Positions 37,309 through 47,996 of a stretch of DNA of 64,000 nucleotides are shown piece after piece; the first letter of the stretch is position 1; every line of letters starts with the position of its first letter. The notes beneath the pieces are model-generated. The model worked only from the letters and a program-made list of their open reading frames with translations, ran no database searches and had not been told where the DNA came from. The position numbers were made by a program, and so were the translations under genes. The DNA is from Gammaproteobacteria bacterium (GTDB lineage: Bacteria; Pseudomonadota; Gammaproteobacteria; Poriferisulfidales; GCA-002705445): NCBI GenBank assembly GCA_018675635.1, contig JABGXU010000007.1:129366-193365 (forward strand), given 5' to 3'.

Positions 37309-37884
37309 ATGTTAAAAAAAGAAGATTTGTATAAATTAGAAGAGTATTCTGAAGAACGCAATAAGTTTAAAGAAAAGGTTTTAGAAGTAAAAAATAACAG
37401 ATCTGTTTTACTTGGAAAAAATATAAATTTATTATTTGAAAATTTAATAACAATAAAATATCAAATTCAAGAGATGTTAAGAATAGAGAAAATATTTGAG
37501 CCTGAAGCCATTCAAGAAGAGTTAGATACTTATAATCCTCTAATTCCAAACGGAAGCAATCTTAAAGCAACGATGTTAATAGAATACACTGATGTTTCAG
37601 AAAGAAGAGATTGGTTGCAAAAATTAAAAGGAGTTGAGAAAAAGATTTGGATTAAAATTGGTAGCAATGATCCTATTTTCCCATATGCAGATGAAGATTT
37701 AAAAAGAGAAGATGAGAACAAGACTTCTGCAGTTCATTTTTTAAGATGGGAATTAAAAAAAAGTGAAATCCAGGACTTTAAGAATGGAAATATATTGTCT
37801 ATGGGAGTTACTCATGCAGAGTATAATGCTTCACATATAATTTCAGATATAATAAGATCAGAGCTAGTAAAAGATCTCTTTTAG
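37309..37884 (+). CDS. hypothetical protein, probably DUF3501 family
   Basis: About 190 aa, charged. I recall DUF3501 as a conserved neighbour of HdrD-like CCG proteins and rubrerythrin in sulfur-oxidiser genomes. Assignment is by context and memory, not a diagnostic motif. Confidence 0.4.
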   Translation: MLKKEDLYKLEEYSEERNKFKEKVLEVKNNRSVLLGKNINLLFENLITIKYQIQEMLRIEKIFEPEAIQEELDTYNPLIPNGSNLKATMLIEYTDVSERRDWLQKLKGVEKKIWIKIGSNDPIFPYADEDLKREDENKTSAVHFLRWELKKSEIQDFKNGNILSMGVTHAEYNASHIISDIIRSELVKDLF

Positions 37885-37974
37885 TTAACAATTTCCCTAT
37901 AAAAGTTTATTAATCTAAAAAGAGATAAGTAAGAATATTTAATATATTATGCTTATTTATCATTCAATATACAC

Positions 37975-39222
37975 ATGAAAACAAGTTTAGAGCAGTATTC
38001 AAAAGAAGACCATGGAATATATCAAGATAATATAGATAAAGATGTTATTGAGATATCAGATGCTTTAATTAGTAATGGCTATCAGGCGTTTTTAGTAGGT
38101 GGCTGCATAAGAGATATTCTTTTAGGAAAAAAGCCTAAGGATTTTGATATAGCAACTGATGCTAACCCAGCAGAAATATGTAAAATTTTTAAAAATTCTA
38201 GAGTTATAGGAAGAAGATTCAAAATTGTTCATGTGTATACTTCAGAAAAAAAATACTTTGAGGTTACAACTTTTAGATCTGAAGCAAGTAAGAAAAATCA
38301 TAGTAATAAATTTAAAAAATCAAATGGTATGATTAAAAGAGATAATGTCTTTGGCACTATAAGCCAAGATGCATTTAGAAGAGATTTTACTGCAAATTCA
38401 TTGTACTTAGATTTAGATTCAGAAATTCTTCATGACTATGTAAACGGAATAAATGATATTAAAAATAAAAAATTAAAATTAATTAAAAAACCAGCGATAA
38501 GTTATCAAGAAGACCCGGTTAGAATGTTAAGAGCAGTGAGATTTGAATCTAAATTAGATTTAGAATTAACTGATGATTGCAGAGAAGCTATAAGTAAAAT
38601 GGCATATATGATAAATAATGTTTCGCCATTTAGGCTATTTGATGAAGTTTTAAAGATTATGCATTCTGGAAATGCTGTAACAGGGTATAAAAAACTTTTA
38701 AAGTTTAATTTATTTAAATATTTATTTCCGTATACACATGATATTATGGAAAAAAATCATATTTACGATGATTTTTTTGTAGCAGCATTAAAAAATACTG
38801 ATACTAGAATTAAAGATAACCTACATGTTAATCCCTCATTTATATATGCTGTATTTCTTTGGCCTTATTTTAAAAAATTAGAGCAAAAGTATTCCCAAAA
38901 AAATTCTTTAGGAGTTGACCTAGCTTTCCAAAAAACTATTGATTCACAAGCAAAATATATAGCAATACCAAATTTTTTCCAATCAACTATATCCACAATT
39001 TGGTCTCTTCAAGATAGTTTCTTAAATTTGAGCTCTAGAAATATACAGTATTTAACTAACTTACATAAATTTAGAGCTGCCTATGATTTTTTTTATATAA
39101 GATCTACAATGGATGATAATCTAAAGATATATGCAGACAAGTGGCATGAGATTCAAAAAAAGGTTGTAAGTAAGAAATCTAATCAAGATAAAAAGCGTTA
39201 TGGCAAAAGAAATAGAAAATAA
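37975..39222 (+). CDS. pcnB: poly(A) polymerase I
   Basis: Nucleotidyltransferase motif GGCIRDILLGKKPKDFDIATDA. pcnB-folK-panBC synteny. Confidence 0.9.
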   Translation: MKTSLEQYSKEDHGIYQDNIDKDVIEISDALISNGYQAFLVGGCIRDILLGKKPKDFDIATDANPAEICKIFKNSRVIGRRFKIVHVYTSEKKYFEVTTFRSEASKKNHSNKFKKSNGMIKRDNVFGTISQDAFRRDFTANSLYLDLDSEILHDYVNGINDIKNKKLKLIKKPAISYQEDPVRMLRAVRFESKLDLELTDDCREAISKMAYMINNVSPFRLFDEVLKIMHSGNAVTGYKKLLKFNLFKYLFPYTHDIMEKNHIYDDFFVAALKNTDTRIKDNLHVNPSFIYAVFLWPYFKKLEQKYSQKNSLGVDLAFQKTIDSQAKYIAIPNFFQSTISTIWSLQDSFLNLSSRNIQYLTNLHKFRAAYDFFYIRSTMDDNLKIYADKWHEIQKKVVSKKSNQDKKRYGKRNRK

Positions 39223-39730
39223 TATTAGAGAATTGTATGTAGGGATAGGAAGTAATTTAGAAAATCCTATTGTGCAAGTAAATAACGCAATAATAGCTTT
39301 AAAAAAACTTGATAAGTTTAATAGCATAAAGATTTCTAATTTCTACGAAAGCTCTCCTATGGGGCCTAGCGATCAAGATGATTATATAAATGCTGCAGTT
39401 ATGTTTAAGAGTGGTGGATCACCAGAAGATATATTATTATTATTAAAGGATATAGAATCCTCCATGGGGAAAGAAAAAAAATCAGTAAGGTGGTCAGAAA
39501 GAATTATCGACCTAGATATTATTTTATTTGGAGATTTAGTTTATCAATCAGATAACTTATTAATTCCACATCCAAATGCACAAGAAAGAGCATTTGTGTT
39601 ATTGCCTTTAATTGATATAAATCCTGATATATATTTACCAAAAAAAGGATATGCTAAAGACTTAATAAAAAATTGCTTATATAAAAATATTAAGCGTACT
39701 ATAAAAATTAATGAAAGATTTGATTTCTAA
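39200..39730 (+). CDS. folK: 2-amino-4-hydroxy-6-hydroxymethyldihydropteridine pyrophosphokinase
   Basis: LYVGIGSNLENP N-terminus and ERIIDLDIILFGD catalytic region. Confidence 0.9.
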   Translation: MAKEIENNIRELYVGIGSNLENPIVQVNNAIIALKKLDKFNSIKISNFYESSPMGPSDQDDYINAAVMFKSGGSPEDILLLLKDIESSMGKEKKSVRWSERIIDLDIILFGDLVYQSDNLLIPHPNAQERAFVLLPLIDINPDIYLPKKGYAKDLIKNCLYKNIKRTIKINERFDF

Positions 39731-40367
39731 ATATATTGTGATTGAGGGTCCAATTGGTGTTGGAAAAACTAGTTTATCTAATAAACTAGCACTCGAATGG
39801 GATGCTGAACTAATTCTTGAAAATGTTGATGATAATCCATTTTTATCTAAATTCTATAAGAACCCAAGAGAAGTATCACTACAAACACAACTTTATTTTC
39901 TACTTACAAGGACTAGACAGGTTCAAGGTTTTAAGCAACAAGATATTTTTTCTAAAACTAGGGTGTCAGATTTTATGCTTCAGAAAGATAGATTATTTGC
40001 GCAAGTTACACTAAATACAGAGGAGTATGATTTATATGATCAGCTTTATTCATATATGACGGTAGATATTCCAAAACCAGACCTATTGATTTATTTACAA
40101 GCACCTGCAAATATTTTAATGAAAAGAATAAAAAAAAGGGGAAGAAATTTTGAAAAATATATTAATACTGAATATTTAGAAAAACTTAATTCAATGTATT
40201 TAAAATTTTTTAACTCTTATAACAGCTCACCCTTATTAATTGTAAATGCGGAAGATATTGATTTTGTTAATAACAAAATTGATTATAAAAATTTATTAAA
40301 CAAAATTTACTCTATAAAAAAAGGTAGGCATTATTTCAACCCATTAGCTAGCATTATTAATGAATAA
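39711..40367 (+). CDS. deoxynucleoside kinase family protein
   Basis: P-loop IVIEGPIGVGKTS at the N-terminus and dNK/dCK family architecture (ERS-like region QLYFLLTRTRQ). Inserted between folK and panB. Confidence 0.75.
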   Translation: MKDLISKYIVIEGPIGVGKTSLSNKLALEWDAELILENVDDNPFLSKFYKNPREVSLQTQLYFLLTRTRQVQGFKQQDIFSKTRVSDFMLQKDRLFAQVTLNTEEYDLYDQLYSYMTVDIPKPDLLIYLQAPANILMKRIKKRGRNFEKYINTEYLEKLNSMYLKFFNSYNSSPLLIVNAEDIDFVNNKIDYKNLLNKIYSIKKGRHYFNPLASIINE

Positions 40368-41130
40368 AATAAAAGTAAAACTTAATAAATATATAAAGAA
40401 CAATGAACAAATTGTTTGCATAACTTGCTACGACGCATCTTTCTCAAAAATTTTAAATGATTTGGAAGTTGATATTGTTCTTGTAGGTGATTCTTTAGGG
40501 ATGGTAATAAAAGGCGAAGTAAATACTCATAATGTTACTATTAAGGAAGCTTTATATCACACAGCATGCGTTGCAAAATATAAGAAAGATTTCATATTAA
40601 TGGCTGATATGCCAATAAATTCTTATGATGATCCATCATTAGCATTAATAAATGCTAAAAAATTTATTGAGGAAAAAGTTGATATTGTTAAATTAGAATA
40701 TCAGGATAATCATGAAAAAGCAGTTAAGGAAATAATTAAAGCTAATATTCCTGTTTGCGGCCACCTTGGTTTTCTCCCACAATATGCTACAAAAAAAGAA
40801 GAAATTAAGATTTATGGAAAAAATAAGATTGAGCAAGATCATATATTAAGTCAGGCAAAAAAATTAGATAGTCTTGGAGTTAGTTTAATCCTTTTAGAGT
40901 GTGTATACCCAGAACTCTCCAAAATAATAACAGACTCTGTTAGCGTGCCCGTAATTGGTATCGGGTCAGGAGAAATGTGCAATGGGCAAGTTCAGGTTTT
41001 ATATGACATTATTGGTATATCAAATAATCCACCAAGATTTTCAAAAGATTATCTAAAGGGAAGTGATAACATAGCCAGTGCAATAAAAAATTTTTACAAC
41101 TATGTTAAAGCAATACAATACAATAAGTAA
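40360..41130 (+). CDS. panB: 3-methyl-2-oxobutanoate hydroxymethyltransferase
   Basis: TCYDASFSKIL, VGDSLGMV, CGHLGFLPQ motifs. Confidence 0.9.
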   Translation: MNKIKVKLNKYIKNNEQIVCITCYDASFSKILNDLEVDIVLVGDSLGMVIKGEVNTHNVTIKEALYHTACVAKYKKDFILMADMPINSYDDPSLALINAKKFIEEKVDIVKLEYQDNHEKAVKEIIKANIPVCGHLGFLPQYATKKEEIKIYGKNKIEQDHILSQAKKLDSLGVSLILLECVYPELSKIITDSVSVPVIGIGSGEMCNGQVQVLYDIIGISNNPPRFSKDYLKGSDNIASAIKNFYNYVKAIQYNK

Positions 41131-41132
41131 AT

Positions 41133-41960
41133 ATGAAAATTTTTTATTCAATTAAAGATTTTATAGATCACAAACTAGAAATTAATGTTTTTATTCCTAC
41201 AATGGGGAATTTACATAACGGTCATATGTCATTGGTAGAGCATGCAAAAAAATACTCAGATAATATTTGTGTTAGTGTTTATGTAAATGAAGATCAATTT
41301 ACAGAAAAAAAAGATTTTGAATCATATCCAAAATCATTAGAAAAAGATATTAATATGCTTAAAAAATCTGGTGCAACATATCTTTTATTACCAAAGAAGG
41401 ATGATATTAATTTTTTTTCAAAACCTTTTGATATTAAATTGGAGCCAAAAAATCTTACTTCAGATTTATGTGGAAAACATAGACCAGGGCATTTTCTAGC
41501 AGTAATAGATATTTTACATAGATTTTTTCAAATCATTAATCCTAAGCATGTTTTACTAGGAGAAAAAGATTTTCAGCAATTAATAGTAATAAATGAATTA
41601 ATAAAGATATGTAATTATGAAATTAATTTAATTTCTTCACCTATAATTAGAGATATAAAAGGATTGGCATTAAGTTCTCGAAATAATCACTTGTCTGAAA
41701 AAGAAAAAATAATTGCTCGTGATATTTATAAGAGTTTATTATTGGCGAAACAGATGTTTAATAATAATATTCCAATAAATGAAATCATAAAGGAAATTCA
41801 TAGAATATTTGATAAATCACCCATAAAACTTGAATATTTTACAATTAGGGATTCAAAAACATTGCAGGAGAGAAACGATAGTGATTTAATAGCACTAATA
41901 GCTGCATATGTTGGAAACATCAGGCTTATAGATAATATATTTATACGTTCTGGTACATAG
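41133..41960 (+). CDS. panC: pantoate--beta-alanine ligase
   Basis: PTMGNLHNGHMSLV HIGH-like motif and GEKDFQQL. Confidence 0.9.
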   Translation: MKIFYSIKDFIDHKLEINVFIPTMGNLHNGHMSLVEHAKKYSDNICVSVYVNEDQFTEKKDFESYPKSLEKDINMLKKSGATYLLLPKKDDINFFSKPFDIKLEPKNLTSDLCGKHRPGHFLAVIDILHRFFQIINPKHVLLGEKDFQQLIVINELIKICNYEINLISSPIIRDIKGLALSSRNNHLSEKEKIIARDIYKSLLLAKQMFNNNIPINEIIKEIHRIFDKSPIKLEYFTIRDSKTLQERNDSDLIALIAAYVGNIRLIDNIFIRSGT

Positions 41961-41993
41961 GAACTGCTATTATTTAATATAAAGGGATAATTT

Positions 41994-42374
41994 ATGACTT
42001 TAACATTTTTAAAATCTAAGCTTCATGGGGCACACGTAACCCATTCAGAATTAGAATATGATGGTTCTTGCGCAATAGATAGCGATATTCTTGCTCAAGC
42101 GTCAATTCATGAATATGAAAAAATAGATATATATAATATTACGAATGGCGAAAGATTTTCCACATATGCGATTCTAGCGCAACCTGGTAGTGGAATAATA
42201 TCTGTTAATGGAGCAGCTGCGCATAAAGCGAACCCAGGGGATAAGTTAGTAATTTGCTCATATATTGATATTGAAGAAGATCAGATAAAAAAATATAAGC
42301 CTATATTAATATATCTTGATGCAGACAATAAAATAATTAAAAAAACTGCAAGCATAGCAATGCAGTTAGTGTGA
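41994..42374 (+). CDS. panD: aspartate 1-decarboxylase
   Basis: MTLTFLKSKLHGAHVT...YDGSCAID (self-cleavage Gly-Ser site). Confidence 0.9.
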   Translation: MTLTFLKSKLHGAHVTHSELEYDGSCAIDSDILAQASIHEYEKIDIYNITNGERFSTYAILAQPGSGIISVNGAAAHKANPGDKLVICSYIDIEEDQIKKYKPILIYLDADNKIIKKTASIAMQLV

Positions 42375-42386
42375 TTTAGTTCTAAA

Positions 42387-42749
42387 ATGAAAATAACAGG
42401 CAATAAAAATCATTTCTTAAACTTAGCTGAATTTCAAATAGATGGCAAAGCTGTTAAAGAAGATGATCGGTATGTAGTTAAAGACAATATAACTTTAAAA
42501 AATTTAGTATTAAGTAGCACACGTCTTAAATCTAAAAAAGAAACAACTGGCCATAATCATAGTGGGCAAGAAGAAGTTTATTTTTTTATTAGTGGGCAAG
42601 GTGAAATGCAATTAAACGATGACAAGTTTTCCGTAGATCCTGGTGATATTGTTTTAGTAAAAGATGATGTTTTCCATAAAGTTTATAATCCTAGTGATGA
42701 CGAAGAATTATACTTTATTTGCGTATTACACGGAGCTAGACACGAATAA
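42387..42749 (+). CDS. cupin-domain protein
   Basis: Cupin motifs (GHNHSGQEEVYFFISGQGEM ... GDIVLVKDDVFHKV). Confidence 0.55.
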   Translation: MKITGNKNHFLNLAEFQIDGKAVKEDDRYVVKDNITLKNLVLSSTRLKSKKETTGHNHSGQEEVYFFISGQGEMQLNDDKFSVDPGDIVLVKDDVFHKVYNPSDDEELYFICVLHGARHE

Positions 42750-42765
42750 TATAAAAACTTTTAAC

Positions 42766-43833
42766 TTAAGAAATATTTAAGTTAGGAGTAGTTTGTTTCT
42801 TTATCGCCCAATTAATGTGCTCAATCAATACTGAATCTTTTATTTCTTTTTTCTTATTTTTTAAACTTTTAATATTATCAGAATTTATTTCAGCATTACC
42901 AATACCAACAGCTATATTTCTAAGCCATTGAAAATATGATATTCGATTTATTGAAGTATTTTTGGTATTTTCTTTAAACTCTTTTTCGCTCCAATTAAAT
43001 AAATTTATTAACGTTGGGGAATCAAGCTTATGTTTATGACTAAATTCGCTTACTTTTGTTTCAGTACTAAATTTATTCCAAGGGCAAACTATTTGACAAT
43101 CGTCACAACCAAAAATTCTATTACCAATACTATCTCTAAATTCCATAGGAATACTACCTTTTAACTCTATTGTTAGATAAGCAATACATTTTTTTGCATC
43201 AAGTACATAAGGCGCAATAATTGCATTAGTTGGACATATTTCAATACATTCGCTACATTCTCCACAATAATTTTTCGCTTTTTTATCTACTTCAAAATCT
43301 ATATTTGTATATATTTCTCCTAGAAAAAAATATGAACCATTATTTTTATTGATTAAATTTGTATTTTTTCCAATCCACCCTAGCCCTGCTTTTTGTGCAA
43401 TAGCTTTTTCTAGAACAGGAGCAGAATCTACAAATGCTCTATATTTAAAGTTGCCAATTTCATCATTTATTTTTTTTGCTATTATGTGAAGGCGCTCTCG
43501 TAATACAGAATGGTAATCTTTCCCAAGTGCATATCTAGAAATATAACCAAGATCTTTATTATTTAATACTTTTTCAGCAGCATATGTATCAGTTTTTCGA
43601 TAATTCATTCTAAAAGATATTATTCTGACAGTGCCTGGCATTAATTCATCTGGGCGAGATCTTTTTACGCCATGTTTCTCCATGTAGTGCATTTCTCCAT
43701 GAAATTTATTTTCTAACCAGTTTAATAAATGCGTTTCATCTTTTGCTAAATCTATGTCAGTAAACCCAATACCATCAAAACCAAGTTCTTGGCTCCATTT
43801 AATAATTTTATTTTTTAATAAATCTGATTTCAT
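42766..43833 (-). CDS. queG: epoxyqueuosine reductase
   Basis: Two 4Fe-4S motifs (CGECSECIEICPTNAI; CIAYLTIELKG..FGCDDCQIVCPWN) and N-terminal QueG region. Confidence 0.85.
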   Translation of the reverse strand: MKSDLLKNKIIKWSQELGFDGIGFTDIDLAKDETHLLNWLENKFHGEMHYMEKHGVKRSRPDELMPGTVRIISFRMNYRKTDTYAAEKVLNNKDLGYISRYALGKDYHSVLRERLHIIAKKINDEIGNFKYRAFVDSAPVLEKAIAQKAGLGWIGKNTNLINKNNGSYFFLGEIYTNIDFEVDKKAKNYCGECSECIEICPTNAIIAPYVLDAKKCIAYLTIELKGSIPMEFRDSIGNRIFGCDDCQIVCPWNKFSTETKVSEFSHKHKLDSPTLINLFNWSEKEFKENTKNTSINRISYFQWLRNIAVGIGNAEINSDNIKSLKNKKKEIKDSVLIEHINWAIKKQTTPNLNIS

Positions 43834-43869
43834 CTAAGTTTTTTAAAATAATGTTGTTATAATTATACA

Positions 43870-45633
43870 ATGTGTGGAATTGTAGGCGAATATCTTTTTA
43901 ATCAGAATTATAGCAATCATAATATTGAAATACTCCTTGAAAAAGTAATAAAAAGGGGACCTGACTTTTCTGATATTTATACATCTGATTGTATTGCTCT
44001 AGGCCATTCTAGATTATCTATAATAGATTTATCAGAGGCATCTAATCAACCTTTTATTGATAGAGAAGCCAAAATGGTCATAGTTTATAATGGGTGTATA
44101 TTTAATTATAAGGATTTAAGAAATCAGCTTATTAAGAAAGGATATATATTTAAAACTACTGGCGACACAGAAGTAATTATAAAATCATATCAAGAGTGGG
44201 GATATGGTTGCTTAAAAAAATTTGAAGGAGATTTTGCTTTTGCTATTTGGGAAAGCGAATATAAAAAACTTTTTTTAGCTAGAGATAGATTTGGAGTAAA
44301 ACCCTTATATTTTTCTAATAATAGTAATTATTTTAGATTCGGGTCTAATATCCAATCAATTATTTCAAAAAAGGATGTTGATCTGATAGTAGATCCTATA
44401 GCAATGCACATGCATTTTTCATTACATTCTGTAGTTCCGGCGCCAAATACAATTTTTAAAAATATAAAAAAAGTTCCACCAGGACATTATTTAGTAATTG
44501 ATGAAAATAATAAATTAAATGTTAATGCTTACTGGAATTTAGATGCCTGTAGTCAACAAGATTTAATAAGCGATGAAAACATTGCTGTTAAAATTGTTAA
44601 AGAAAAATTAATACATGCAATTGAAAAAAGACTTTTGGCGTCTGATACCGACATAGGAGTTTTGCTTTCAGGAGGATTAGATTCTAGTTTAATAGTAGCT
44701 TTAGCAAAAGATCATTTTCCTAATTTAAAAACTTATAGCATTGGATTTGAAGATGATTTAGAAGAAAAAGGAAGCGAATTTTTTTATTCTGATCAAATTG
44801 TAAATAAATATAGAACAAATCATAAAAAATTTATAATTAACAATAATTCTGTACTTACAAGACTCCCTGAAACTTTTAAATCAATGTCTGAGCCAATGGT
44901 TGCTCAAGATGCTGTAGCTTTTTATTTATTGTCTGAATTAGTTAGTAAAGATGTAAAGGTTGTTTTGTCAGGTCAAGGAGCTGATGAGGGCTTTGCTGGA
45001 TATTTTTGGTACAAAAAAATGAGCTCAGAGTTAAATAATTATCATAATTTTTCTAAACATTATTTTGATAGAAATCATCAAGAGATAGAAGATTTGCTAA
45101 ATATAAAATTTAAAGAAGATCACTCATCTCAAATGATTAAGAAAAAATTTAAAGATATTAATTCTAAAAGTTTATTAGGAAATGTTTTGAATTTTGATAT
45201 TACTACTTTAGTAGTAGATGATCCTGTAAAAAGAGTTGATAATATGACTATGGCATGGGGTTTAGAAGCAAGAGTGCCTTTTTTGGATCATGAATTAATT
45301 GAAGCTTCTGTTAGAATAGACCCAAAATTACATATAAAGCGAAACGGAAAAAATATATTAAAGTCTATAGCTGACAATATTCTTCCTGAGGATGTAATTG
45401 ATAGAAAAAAAGGATATTTTCCTATGCCAGCTTTAAAGTATATAAGGGGGGAATATTATGAGTTTGTTTGTGATATTCTTAACTCTAGTAACTGTTATAA
45501 TAGAAATTTGTACAATAGGAAGCATATTAAAAGTTTATTAAGCAAGCCTAATGAATATAAAACCGCTATAGATGGGAATAAATTGTGGCATGTTGCTGCA
45601 ACAGAATTATGGTTTCAGCAAAATATAGATTGA
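43870..45633 (+). CDS. asnB: asparagine synthase (glutamine-hydrolysing) family protein
   Basis: N-terminal nucleophile MCGIVG. PP-loop SGGLDSS in the synthetase domain. Confidence 0.85.
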   Translation: MCGIVGEYLFNQNYSNHNIEILLEKVIKRGPDFSDIYTSDCIALGHSRLSIIDLSEASNQPFIDREAKMVIVYNGCIFNYKDLRNQLIKKGYIFKTTGDTEVIIKSYQEWGYGCLKKFEGDFAFAIWESEYKKLFLARDRFGVKPLYFSNNSNYFRFGSNIQSIISKKDVDLIVDPIAMHMHFSLHSVVPAPNTIFKNIKKVPPGHYLVIDENNKLNVNAYWNLDACSQQDLISDENIAVKIVKEKLIHAIEKRLLASDTDIGVLLSGGLDSSLIVALAKDHFPNLKTYSIGFEDDLEEKGSEFFYSDQIVNKYRTNHKKFIINNNSVLTRLPETFKSMSEPMVAQDAVAFYLLSELVSKDVKVVLSGQGADEGFAGYFWYKKMSSELNNYHNFSKHYFDRNHQEIEDLLNIKFKEDHSSQMIKKKFKDINSKSLLGNVLNFDITTLVVDDPVKRVDNMTMAWGLEARVPFLDHELIEASVRIDPKLHIKRNGKNILKSIADNILPEDVIDRKKGYFPMPALKYIRGEYYEFVCDILNSSNCYNRNLYNRKHIKSLLSKPNEYKTAIDGNKLWHVAATELWFQQNID

Positions 45634-45655
45634 GATATATTAAACAGGAGAGGAT

Positions 45656-45970
45656 ATGGATGCTTTAGAAAGAATAAAAGAGCAGGTTGAAAATAATAAA
45701 ATAATAATTTACATGAAAGGCACTCCTCAGATGCCGCAGTGTGGATTTTCAAGCAGAACATCAGAAGCGTTAAAGCAATGTGGTTTTGAGTTTGCTTATG
45801 TGAATGTATTAATGGATCCAGAAATATTTCAAAATTTACCTAAGTTTGCTGACTGGCCTACTTTTCCTCAGGTTTATATAGATGGAGAATTAGTTGGGGG
45901 CTGTGATATTACAATAGAGCTTCATGAAAAGGGTGAATTAAAAAAAATGATAGAAGCCGTTACTACATAA
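45656..45970 (+). CDS. grxD: monothiol glutaredoxin (Grx4 family)
   Basis: CGFS active site (PQMPQCGFSSRT). Confidence 0.9.
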   Translation: MDALERIKEQVENNKIIIYMKGTPQMPQCGFSSRTSEALKQCGFEFAYVNVLMDPEIFQNLPKFADWPTFPQVYIDGELVGGCDITIELHEKGELKKMIEAVTT

Positions 45971-47182
45971 ATGAAATATAATAATATCAAAAAAGTTGTT
46001 CTTGCTTATTCTGGAGGCTTAGATACTTCTATAATAGTGAAATGGCTGCAAGAAAATTATAGTTGCGAAGTTGTAACTTATACAGCTGATCTTGGGCAAA
46101 AAGGTGAGCTTGATTCTGCAAAAAAAAGAGCAAAGAAATTAGGCGTAAAGAATATATATCTTGATGATTTAAAGGAAGAGTTTGCCAAAGATTTCATTTT
46201 TCCAATGTTTAGAGCTAATACTCTTTATGAGGAACAATATCTTCTTGGGACAGCTATTGCTCGCCCACTAATTTCAAAAAAATTAATTGAAGTTGCAAAA
46301 GAATGTGGTGCAGATGCTATATCTCATGGCGCAACTGGTAAAGGAAATGATCAAGTTCGTTTTGAGCTATCTGCGTATTCATTGAATCCAGATATAAAAA
46401 TAATTGCTCCTTGGAGAGAATGGAATTTAAATTCTAGAGATAAGCTTTTATCTTATGCGTCAGTAAATAATATTCCAGTAGATATGGATAAAAATAATAC
46501 TGCCCCATATTCTATGGATGCAAATTTATTGCATATTTCATATGAAGGTAAAGTATTAGAAAATCCGTGGGTATCCCCTTCAGAAGACATGTGGAGATGG
46601 ACAACCTCACCACAAAATGCTCCAGATAAAGCAGAAGAGATAGAAATAGAATTTTCTAAAGGCGATCCTGTTGCTGTAAATGGTAAAAATATGAGTCCGG
46701 CAAATATTTTAGAATTTTTAAATAATGTTGGAGCAAAAAATGCTATCGGAAGATTGGATATTATAGAGAATAGATTTGTTGGCATGAAATCTAGAGGCTG
46801 TTATGAAACTCCAGGCGGAACAATAATTTTGCATGCTAGAAGAGCTATAGAATCTGTTACATTAGACAGAGAAGTAGCACATCTTAAAACAGAATTAATG
46901 CCTAAATATGCAAATATTATTTATAATGGTTTTTGGTGGAGTCCAGAAAGATTAAATTTACAAAAATTTATAGATTCTACCCAAGAATCAGTTAATGGTT
47001 ATGTAAGATTGTCACTTTATAAAGGTAACGTGATAATTGAAGGAAGAAAATCAGAAACAAATAGTCTTTACAACCCAGATCTTGCTACTTTTGATGAAGA
47101 TCATGGCGTGTATGATCAAAAAGATGCTGATGGTTTTATTGCATTAAATGCATTAAGACTTAAAAATAGAGTAAAAAACTAG
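45971..47182 (+). CDS. argG: argininosuccinate synthase
   Basis: [11 protein letters not shown]-loop and the rest of the type-I ArgG sequence. Confidence 0.95.
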   Translation: MKYNNIKKVVLAYSGGLDTSIIVKWLQENYSCEVVTYTADLGQKGELDSAKKRAKKLGVKNIYLDDLKEEFAKDFIFPMFRANTLYEEQYLLGTAIARPLISKKLIEVAKECGADAISHGATGKGNDQVRFELSAYSLNPDIKIIAPWREWNLNSRDKLLSYASVNNIPVDMDKNNTAPYSMDANLLHISYEGKVLENPWVSPSEDMWRWTTSPQNAPDKAEEIEIEFSKGDPVAVNGKNMSPANILEFLNNVGAKNAIGRLDIIENRFVGMKSRGCYETPGGTIILHARRAIESVTLDREVAHLKTELMPKYANIIYNGFWWSPERLNLQKFIDSTQESVNGYVRLSLYKGNVIIEGRKSETNSLYNPDLATFDEDHGVYDQKDADGFIALNALRLKNRVKN

Positions 47183-47265
47183 TACTGTACATATTCATAT
47201 AGGAAGTTTATCATTAAAAAAAATGAAGTATATTTCCTTACATCTTACATATAATAGGAGAAACA

Positions 47266-47994
47266 ATGAGGCATTTGAAAGTATTTGTTATTGGGTTAGC
47301 AGCTATTTTAGCTAGTGGATGCGCATCTGTTACTGGAAGCTCATACATGTCAGATCCAAACGACCCATGGCAAACTGTTAATAGACCTGTATTTGCTATT
47401 AATGATGCTTTTGATCAAGGATTATTTAAACCTCTTGCGGAAGGATATAATGCTATTACTCCAGAGCCAATTCGCAATGGAGTTACAAATTTCTTCTCAA
47501 ATTTAAATGAACTAGATAACGTAATAAATAATTTTTTTCAAGGAAAAATTACTGAATCTGCAACATCTTTAGGCAGATTTGTAGTTAATTCAACTATAGG
47601 AATTGGTGGTTTATTAGATGTTGCATCTAATATTGGTTTAGAAAAAAGTAGAGAAGACTTAGGACAAACTTTAGGTGTTCTTGGAACAGGTTCAGGTCCA
47701 TATGTAGTATTACCATTATTAGGATCTAGTAGCGTTAGAGATATTCCAGGAAGAGTATTATCAATGTATTTAAATCCACTTGCTTGGTTAGATGATATTT
47801 CATTTAGAAATATTATGGTTGGTATAAATGCGGTAGATGATAGATCAAACTTATTAGCAAAAGAAGATATTGCTAAAGAAATATCAAATGATAAATATAC
47901 ATTATATAAAGATGCTTATCTGGAAGAGAGAGAATTTCAAGTTTTAGATGGCAATTTAGATGACTCTGATCTTACTAAAGATATTGCTGATTAA
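47266..47994 (+). CDS. mlaA: phospholipid-binding outer-membrane lipoprotein MlaA (VacJ)
   Basis: Lipobox (ILASGCAS) and MlaA-like core (DPWQTVNRPVFAINDAFD). Confidence 0.85.
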   Translation: MRHLKVFVIGLAAILASGCASVTGSSYMSDPNDPWQTVNRPVFAINDAFDQGLFKPLAEGYNAITPEPIRNGVTNFFSNLNELDNVINNFFQGKITESATSLGRFVVNSTIGIGGLLDVASNIGLEKSREDLGQTLGVLGTGSGPYVVLPLLGSSSVRDIPGRVLSMYLNPLAWLDDISFRNIMVGINAVDDRSNLLAKEDIAKEISNDKYTLYKDAYLEEREFQVLDGNLDDSDLTKDIAD

Positions 47995-47996
47995 AT

